Shown piece after piece: positions 44,856 to 50,599 of a DNA stretch of 50,599 bases. Numbering within the stretch: position 1 is the stretch's first letter; the number at the start of each line of letters is the position of its first letter. The translations under genes and the position numbers were made by a program. The notes below the pieces were generated by a model. It had not been told where the DNA came from, did not search any database, and was given only the letters and a program-made list of their open reading frames with translations. Source of the DNA: a virus (taxonomy: Duplodnaviria; Caudoviricetes); the IMG/VR virus record IMGVR_UViG_3300033143_006358, positions 1 through 50,599 of that record. One strand, 5' to 3'.

Positions 44856-45179
44856 ATGAAAACTGAACATACAAAAGGGCCGTGGGAAATTCATAGTGAT
44901 TTGGGGGAACCTATGCCACAGTTTATCTATGGCGCAGATGATACTTATGTCTGCAAGATCAAGCGGGATATTGGCAAACAGCCATCGGACGCGAATATAA
45001 TTAAAAGATTTAACGCCAACGCCCGCCTGATTGCCGCGGCGCCGGAATATGACGATGGGTCCCGGTTGGTGGTGGAGTGGTACGACTTAATCAAACAAAA
45101 TTACCCGGAGATGGCTGGGCTACTCAAAGGGATGGAAATATTAAAGACCGCCATAACCAAAGCGGAGGGGAAAGGGTAA
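44856..45179 (+). CDS. Small phage protein (HTxGPW...ANARLIAAAP family)
   Basis: HTKGPWEI and ANARLIAAAPE motifs. Confidence 0.8.
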   Translation: MKTEHTKGPWEIHSDLGEPMPQFIYGADDTYVCKIKRDIGKQPSDANIIKRFNANARLIAAAPEYDDGSRLVVEWYDLIKQNYPEMAGLLKGMEILKTAITKAEGKG

Positions 45180-45181
45180 AT

Positions 45182-45475
45182 ATGTATAAAGAATCATCGA
45201 CGCAAAAGAAACTAAGGGGCGATTTGACGCGACGGCAATATCAATGTTTAATGTGCATCAAACATTTTATGCAGATCCACCAGATGTCGCCTACCACGCG
45301 GGAGATTGGCAGGCGCCTGGACATCCAAAGCCCGGCGGTTTGCTCGTTGATAAAATGGCTGGTGAGAAAGGGATATATAGCCAAGGCGCCGCGCAAGGTA
45401 CGGGGGCTTACTATTATCAAACTGCCGGCGCCTCGAATCCCCAAGAGAGAACCAATCCCTCTACCGACGATGTAA
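45182..45475 (+). CDS. LexA-type DNA-binding (winged HTH) regulator without a peptidase domain
   Basis: LTRRQ...SPTTREIG...LVRKGYI...RGL matches the LexA N-terminal domain; ATG 45182. Confidence 0.85.
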   Translation: MYKESSTQKKLRGDLTRRQYQCLMCIKHFMQIHQMSPTTREIGRRLDIQSPAVCSLIKWLVRKGYIAKAPRKVRGLTIIKLPAPRIPKREPIPLPTM

Positions 45476-45901
45476 TTTACGCCATCGCAAATAACCATAG
45501 ATGGTAGCCGGGCTTTTAAGGCCCATCAACTGGGCTATCTTCGTCAGCGATAGATTGTACGTGATCCTCAACTTCCACGCACAGGCCCGGCGGCATACAA
45601 CGCGGTCGCTCCCTTTGTATCGCGGCTTTAACTGGCCTGCCGTCATTCCATGCTCCCTCGCGACATCCTCAATAATCTTGCGGCAATCTGCATCGGTAAC
45701 CAATTCGTCGTCTTTGGTTCCGATCGTCTTCGGCGGCTTTAGGCCAAGCCCTCGGTAGAACTCTGCCATTTGCACTTCATCAAGTTGTATGGCGCAAACG
45801 TCGGTCCCTCCCTGCTCGATGCGAATCTGTATCGTGTTTGAATCAAGATTGATAAACAGTGTCGTATTTCGCTCGGGCTGGTTTATTTGGATCTTTGGCA
45901 T
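45461..45901 (-). CDS. Protein with a DnaA C-terminal (domain IV)-like HTH
   Basis: IIEDVAREHGMTAGQL...R..AWKLR...LSLTKIAQLMG.KSPATIYG; ATG 45901 coupled by TAATG. Confidence 0.75.
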   Translation of the reverse strand: MPKIQINQPERNTTLFINLDSNTIQIRIEQGGTDVCAIQLDEVQMAEFYRGLGLKPPKTIGTKDDELVTDADCRKIIEDVAREHGMTAGQLKPRYKGSDRVVCRRACAWKLRITYNLSLTKIAQLMGLKSPATIYGYLRWRKLHRR

Positions 45902-46197
45902 TAGAACAATTCCCCCTGTTGTGGCACCGGCCACCATGTTATCATCTTCGTTGACTGTATTGTGCATTGTCGAATAGGGCCGTTTCTCACGTATCCGGCG
46001 TCTCTCAATTCCGGCAGGCGCCGCGCCGGTTCGTGGCGGTCGAGTCCGCAATGCGCCGCTACCTCTGCCGAGGTCATGCCCGGCTTATCTTGCACTGCCC
46101 ACAAACATATACTACGATGGTTATTCGCCTTGCTCTCCACGTTCGCCGCCGCTATATGCGAGGTCGGCGGGTCTGTTTTTCGCGCTAACGCTTTCAT
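45901..46197 (-). CDS. Winged-HTH phage protein
   Basis: ARKTDPPTSHIAA, GMTSAEVA and RRLPELRDAGYV motifs. Confidence 0.8.
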   Translation of the reverse strand: MKALARKTDPPTSHIAAANVESKANNHRSICLWAVQDKPGMTSAEVAAHCGLDRHEPARRLPELRDAGYVRNGPIRQCTIQSTKMITWWPVPQQGELF

Positions 46198-46598
46198 ATT
46201 TTTAGATGCCTTGATATTTTTCGTATTTTACGCATTAGAAGCAACGCATATTCTTCTCTCTCTTTCCAAGTGGCTGGTTTTTCTATTATATTTTCTCTAT
46301 CTATTTCATCGTGACTATAAAATCTTTTTACGTACATTCTCTGGGCCGCTATCCATAATCGACCCTTGCGGGAATTATAAGCGAAATTTATTTTCATCAA
46401 TTGACAAACCGGGCACACAAAATCTCCCTTTCCTTTCGTTTCTTCCTTCCAGCCCTTTTTTCTTATTGCGACAAGGGCAAACGGATAAGTAAATTTATTC
46501 GTTCGCAGCGTGTGTGTTGTCCTGCACATATAGCATAGGGCAAAGAATCGCGGCATTCTTTTTATATTTGTACCTCTAAAATCCGGGACTGTTCTCAT
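46194..46598 (-). CDS. Hypothetical protein with two CxxC pairs
   Basis: CYMC...CPVC; GAAAGGA SD. Confidence 0.7.
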   Translation of the reverse strand: MRTVPDFRGTNIKRMPRFFALCYMCRTTHTLRTNKFTYPFALVAIRKKGWKEETKGKGDFVCPVCQLMKINFAYNSRKGRLWIAAQRMYVKRFYSHDEIDRENIIEKPATWKEREEYALLLMRKIRKISRHLKI

Positions 46599-46688
46599 TG
46601 TTATTTCCTTTCCAAATTAAAGGGGCGGGGCGCCGGACCGTCCGGCGATCGTTCATTACTTTGTCCAAAAGAAGTAGTTTTTTTCTCA

Positions 46689-47420
46689 TTATTTAGACTC
46701 ATTATCACGCTCCCTTCCGGTTCCTACGTTTTCGTTTTCCCCGCCCCCGACGGTAAACAAACATTGTTCCTCTTTTGGTTTTTCTTCTTTCGATGACTCA
46801 AACAGATACGGCTGACTTAATTCCTTTTCGATCCGCTGCTTGGCAATCTCGTAGTATTTCTGCTCGATCTCGATCCCGATGAATTTTCTGCCCGTGCGGA
46901 TACAGGCCACGCCGGTTGTGCCGCTGCCCATGAAGGGGTCAAGAATAGTTTCGCCCTCTTTGGTCATTCGCTCTACTAATAAACACATATATTCAATGGG
47001 CTTCGGTGTTGGGTGATCTGGCATTATTCCCCGCACCGAAAAACACATTACATTTTGCTGTAGCATTTTTGGTTTAGATATTGCCACAACAGCAGCAATC
47101 CAATTTGAAAAACCTATCGGGCTTCTGGTTCTACTATTAGTATTCCATGCTGCGACAACATCAACAAAATCATTACCTGCGAGTGGTATAGAGTCAGCCA
47201 GCCCAGCCGAGCCAGTTATAATCACAATCATTTTTACAATCCGCTTGGCATCACTATACCATTGTGTCGCAAATCCATTGTCCCAGTCGGCTTTGCCGCA
47301 CCCATACGGCGGGTCGGTTATCACGGCATCCACGCTTTTGTCCTCCATCGTTTTCATTACGTCCAGGCAATCGCCCTGGATCAGAGTCATGTCGCCAATC
47401 TGTTCAGTTTCATGCGTCAT
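46689..47420 (-). CDS. Orphan DNA methyltransferase (N6-A/N4-C, beta class)
   Basis: GDCLDVM, VITDPPY, HPTPKP and ILDPFMGSGTT motifs. Confidence 0.93.
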   Translation of the reverse strand: MTHETEQIGDMTLIQGDCLDVMKTMEDKSVDAVITDPPYGCGKADWDNGFATQWYSDAKRIVKMIVIITGSAGLADSIPLAGNDFVDVVAAWNTNSRTRSPIGFSNWIAAVVAISKPKMLQQNVMCFSVRGIMPDHPTPKPIEYMCLLVERMTKEGETILDPFMGSGTTGVACIRTGRKFIGIEIEQKYYEIAKQRIEKELSQPYLFESSKEEKPKEEQCLFTVGGGENENVGTGRERDNESK

Positions 47421-47638
47421 TTTAGGTTTTCATTTAGCTCTGCGAGGAGCTTTTTTAGTTTCTCTTTGGGAATAACAAATATTTCTTCGGTAACTCTTTC
47501 CTCGCCTTGCTCCCAAATATATAGATACACGTTAATATCTGCGCTCATATCGAAACATTCGTCGTAAAAATGCCAGGATGAAGATAATCCGCTCTCATCC
47601 TCCCACGTAATTTCAGCGTATGTTCCTTTTGTGCTCAT
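47417..47638 (-). CDS. Hypothetical protein
   Basis: GAAAGGA SD; ATGA-coupled. Confidence 0.65.
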   Translation of the reverse strand: MSTKGTYAEITWEDESGLSSSWHFYDECFDMSADINVYLYIWEQGEERVTEEIFVIPKEKLKKLLAELNENLK

Positions 47639-47677
47639 ATTCTCGTCCTTTCATTTCATCCACGCCAACTTTCCTGC

Positions 47678-47974
47678 TTATTTATCAGGCATAAATTCCA
47701 TCGGGTCGCCGTTCTGCTCCATGGTAAAATAGGTGAAAGCTGAGCAGGCGGTCAGTAATATCCAGATCGCATGTTCAGCCTCAAATTCACAGTCGGTTCG
47801 ATTTGCTTGTTCTCGTAATCGCCTACTTACTTTGTAGGTATCATTCTTCTCCTGATCCATATTCATATATATGGTTGTTTTAACCACATACTCTATTTCC
47901 TCCGGGGTCATTTCGGCTGCGATCTTATCGACCCATTCGGGATGTTTAGGGGTTCTTATGCAGACACTTATCAT
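47678..47974 (-). CDS. Hypothetical protein flanked by direct repeats
   Basis: GAAAGGA SD. Confidence 0.65.
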   Translation of the reverse strand: MISVCIRTPKHPEWVDKIAAEMTPEEIEYVVKTTIYMNMDQEKNDTYKVSRRLREQANRTDCEFEAEHAIWILLTACSAFTYFTMEQNGDPMEFMPDK

Positions 47975-47986
47975 GCTTTCGTCCTT

Positions 47987-48190
47987 TCATCCACGCCAAC
48001 TTACGCAATGTCTATACGTGTAAATAGTTACCGCCACATCCAACTGGTCTTTAATCGTCCGCCCTAATATTCGCCCATGCGATTCTTGCCACATTTTCCC
48101 TACTGTGTTTCTGTGATCCCGTCGCAAGGCGAGTGGCAGGCCGTAAAAGATAAACCACAATATCGGGTCGCTAAATCTACATTTTCTCAT
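47987..48190 (-). CDS. Hypothetical protein
   Basis: GGAGG SD; overlaps the upstream gene. Confidence 0.5.
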   Translation of the reverse strand: MRKCRFSDPILWFIFYGLPLALRRDHRNTVGKMWQESHGRILGRTIKDQLDVAVTIYTYRHCVSWRG

Positions 48191-48500
48191 CGCCCGCCTC
48201 CGGTTTCAGTAGAGCCTTGGCTTTCCTTAATTTACAATTATCTTCGTGAACTATTGCATCTGGATTTTCCCAATCTTCATTGGGCGCCCAATGATGACAG
48301 ACAACACAGCGACATCTTGGGCGGCCGTCAAATTCCTCCGTGTGTAGTTGAATATCCACCACCAACTCCTGTAACAGGACGAGGGCCTTATCGTACTCGT
48401 CCTTTAACTTAAACAACTGCAAACCTTCCGACAGGTCCGGGCAATCAACATCGTAAGGGCACAGCAGAGGATTTATGTTACAGGCGTTGCATTTATTCAT
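48177..48500 (-). CDS. Cys-rich hypothetical protein
   Basis: Several Cys clusters; AGGAGG SD. Confidence 0.65.
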   Translation of the reverse strand: MNKCNACNINPLLCPYDVDCPDLSEGLQLFKLKDEYDKALVLLQELVVDIQLHTEEFDGRPRCRCVVCHHWAPNEDWENPDAIVHEDNCKLRKAKALLKPEAGDEKM

Positions 48501-48805
48501 CGTTCACCTCCTGCCGCTTTATTCCTTATGGCGGTCAAGTCTTTTTTCAACGGCTCGTCATCCATGACAAGTAATACATCATCTAACTCTACCGCCAACT
48601 CCTGTAATATGGTGTCTTTTTTCTCAATCTCGGCTTCCAGTTCGTTGACGTAGCAGTTGGCGGACTGCCAAGGCTTTATGCAGGTATAATGCGATCCACA
48701 TTTCCACTCTCGCCTTTTTGGTGTATCTTTTTCTGAGGGACCACATCCGCAAAATGGACAATCCTTTCCTATTTTTCCGTTGTATGTACGCAATCCGCTA
48801 CTCAT
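48497..48805 (-). CDS. Cys-rich hypothetical protein
   Basis: CPFCGC and WKCGS...QSANC; ATG 48805 with AAGGAGG SD. Confidence 0.65.
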   Translation of the reverse strand: MSSGLRTYNGKIGKDCPFCGCGPSEKDTPKRREWKCGSHYTCIKPWQSANCYVNELEAEIEKKDTILQELAVELDDVLLVMDDEPLKKDLTAIRNKAAGGER

Positions 48806-49775
48806 CCTGCGCCTCCTTCCGTTTGGCCTCATACGCCGGGTAATAAGACTCTAGCCACTCTTTTAAATTTGACGGCTTAACGATTCGTAATAATCCTCGT
48901 TCGGCGCATTCCCGGTTAAAATCCTCTATCGTGATCGGCGGTTCGCCCTCATCGCTGCGCCGATACCAGATCATGTGATTGAGTGACGATCCGCCGTAAT
49001 CAACCGCACGCTGCCAACCGGCCTCGTCCATCGGCCAGTGGTTAATTGTCACCCCGTTATAAGTTTTGTTATATGGACTTTCATTGCGGACCGTCCACTC
49101 GACATAAGGGTCAAGGTGGGCGTTCGGCATCGTGCCAAAGGGATTCGTCAGCCAGGATTTAGCGTTTGTACCTACCATTGAAACGGTCTCATGGTGGAAC
49201 AATTTCAGGCCCATACCGTGTAAGAATTGAAATGCCTGAATCGTTTGCAAATGTGAACCAAACCACCCACCGTCAAAATACCACCCTTCCAGGCCCCACT
49301 CTCTGGCGAACTTACACAGGTCTATCGCCTGCGTCTGCCAAGGCTTGTCGCCCCAAATCGGATTGTATGGATTTTGATAGGTGTAACCTAGTACCTTAAC
49401 ACCTTGGGAATGAGCGTAAGTAATAAATTCTCTTACGGCCTGCTTGTCGGTGTATTCATAAAATAGATAACGCTTGCCCTCCAATGGGCTAATACCTAAC
49501 GGCTTTGATCCGCCCGACCACAGTCCACTAAAAAGAATCACGGCGCCTGTCCTGCACTCTTTTAGTTTGTCGATGTTTTCTGCAAACCACTCGAAGTTTC
49601 TGGTCTCATATAAGATGGCCACGTGAGGATCGCCCTTGTGCGGACTTATCTTCGGCGTGTTTACATTGCCGTTGATCCAGTAGTCCCCATCGTCGAGGTA
49701 ATATTTGTCGTCTGCAATACAATCACACGCCTCGCCGTAGCGTATGTCGCGTTTTGATATGACAATCTCATTCAT
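48798..49775 (-). CDS. Putative glycoside hydrolase-like TIM-barrel protein
   Basis: VREFITYAHSQGVKVLGY and WGLEGWYFDG resemble GH (beta/alpha)8 strands 3-4. Confidence 0.55.
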   Translation of the reverse strand: MNEIVISKRDIRYGEACDCIADDKYYLDDGDYWINGNVNTPKISPHKGDPHVAILYETRNFEWFAENIDKLKECRTGAVILFSGLWSGGSKPLGISPLEGKRYLFYEYTDKQAVREFITYAHSQGVKVLGYTYQNPYNPIWGDKPWQTQAIDLCKFAREWGLEGWYFDGGWFGSHLQTIQAFQFLHGMGLKLFHHETVSMVGTNAKSWLTNPFGTMPNAHLDPYVEWTVRNESPYNKTYNGVTINHWPMDEAGWQRAVDYGGSSLNHMIWYRRSDEGEPPITIEDFNRECAERGLLRIVKPSNLKEWLESYYPAYEAKRKEAQDE

Positions 49776-49797
49776 TATTGCGCTCCTTAAATTTAAG

Positions 49798-49910
49798 AAC
49801 AGTCGCAGGCCAGTTTAACCGTCCACACTGGCTCCGTTTATCCGACACGCCACCTTTCATCTCGTGTTTTTTGAGACCACTCCCGGCCCGGTAAGGCCGC
49901 CGCGACTATT
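49798..49910 (-). ncRNA. Candidate multi-stem structured RNA
   Basis: 11-bp closing stem (G-U pairs on the minus strand) enclosing three hairpins. Confidence 0.4.
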
Positions 49911-49933
49911 CACTTTTCATTAACGTTTCAAAG

Positions 49934-49973
49934 GCGTGCGGGCGCAGAGAGATCGTGAGGCGCACCCGCACGC
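49934..49973 (-). terminator. Strong intergenic hairpin
   Basis: GCGTGCGGGTGC/GCGCCCGCACGC 12-bp stem followed by CTTT. Confidence 0.5.
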
Positions 49974-49996
49974 AATAGGAGGCTCTACTACCCCTA

Positions 49997-50599
49997 TTAC
50001 AACGGCTTCACGCTTCGTACTAATTTTTTGGAATCAGTGGGCATAGTTGTTTTCAGCGTCGCCCTTTGCTCGTCTGTCAGAACTGGAGCCAGTGACGTAA
50101 CCATCCCGGTTGCCGCCTTTTTGGTCTTGTGCGATTTATAGCCTGCGCCGATAGCGGCCAAAAACGTTCCCGCAAGACTGAGCCATACGGCAACGGGGGC
50201 AGGGGTTACGCCTGAAATTTCTTTTAATCCCTGCCCCCACAACTCTAACTCTGTACCAAGGTTGGCGTTCGTTTCAATCGCTGCGTCAATTTTTTGTTTC
50301 CACGCCGTCACCTTGTCGTCGATCTCGGCTTTCTTTTGTAAAATTTCATCCGCCGTCGCCATCGCCGCGTCGATATTGTCCTTAATCTTCGCGGCAATCT
50401 CTGGGTCAATATCGGGATTATCTAGCTCTGCCCGCATATCTGCTACGGCCTGGCGCACAATTTCTACCTGGGACTGCACCTCCGCCGATTGTCGCTCGTA
50501 TTGCGCCACCGCAGACTGCATGGCCTCTATGCGCTCGTTAGATGTTAAATGACAGCCGCCCACGTACGCCGCCGTTATCAACAGCAATATGCCGGTCAA
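49997..50599 (-). CDS. Lipoprotein with coiled coil and C-terminal TM segment (u-spanin-like); starts at 138 across the junction
   Basis: Signal peptide ending VGG-C, long heptad region, VAVWLSLAGTFLAAIGAGY followed by KSHKTKK. Confidence 0.75.
   Translation of the reverse strand: MTGILLLITAAYVGGCHLTSNERIEAMQSAVAQYERQSAEVQSQVEIVRQAVADMRAELDNPDIDPEIAAKIKDNIDAAMATADEILQKKAEIDDKVTAWKQKIDAAIETNANLGTELELWGQGLKEISGVTPAPVAVWLSLAGTFLAAIGAGYKSHKTKKAATGMVTSLAPVLTDEQRATLKTTMPTDSKKLVRSVKPL
50486..50599. repeat. Terminal direct repeat / circular overlap, right copy
   Basis: Identical to 1-114. Confidence 0.97.

Noticed and set aside
46689-47420. Restriction-modification system
   Set aside because: No adjacent endonuclease recognised; orphan methyltransferases are common in phages
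49798-49910. tRNA gene
   Set aside because: No TTCGA T-loop, no canonical D-arm spacing and no CCA; kept only as a generic structured RNA candidate

Overview
This window is an apparently complete circular dsDNA bacteriophage genome. Bases 1-114 are identical to 50486-50599, which gives a unit length of 50,485 bp. The layout is podovirus-like: terminase, portal, scaffold, major capsid, beta-helix/fibre genes, adaptor, tail/nozzle protein and large ejection-type proteins, with no tail tube or tape measure recognised. Modules: (i) a minus-strand replication/recombination arm (CsrA, Cas4/AddB-like nuclease, Sak4-like ATPase, SSB-like protein, DUF1376 initiator, RusA, DNA methyltransferase, DnaA domain-IV-like protein); (ii) a small plus-strand operon (basic peptide, LamG protein, GroES); (iii) a 29 kb minus-strand morphogenesis arm; (iv) a 1.3 kb non-coding region with two perfect DnaA boxes; (v) a plus-strand cluster of small early-type genes ending in a LexA-type HTH. 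No integrase, DNA polymerase, tRNA or classical endolysin was recognised. The most striking locus lies inside the structural arm: two Thr/Ser-rich mucin-like genes, a glycosyltransferase with the motifs of eukaryotic polypeptide GalNAc-transferases, and a glycosyltransferase-methyltransferase fusion, which together form a candidate phage-encoded mucin-type O-glycosylation system. Other signals are an in-frame TAG between a spike-like gene and the adaptor gene, two RNA leaders with the same pseudoknot/switch architecture, three copies of a small REP/MITE-like element, and a u-spanin-like lipoprotein that spans the contig junction. All protein calls come from motif recognition by eye; no searches were run.
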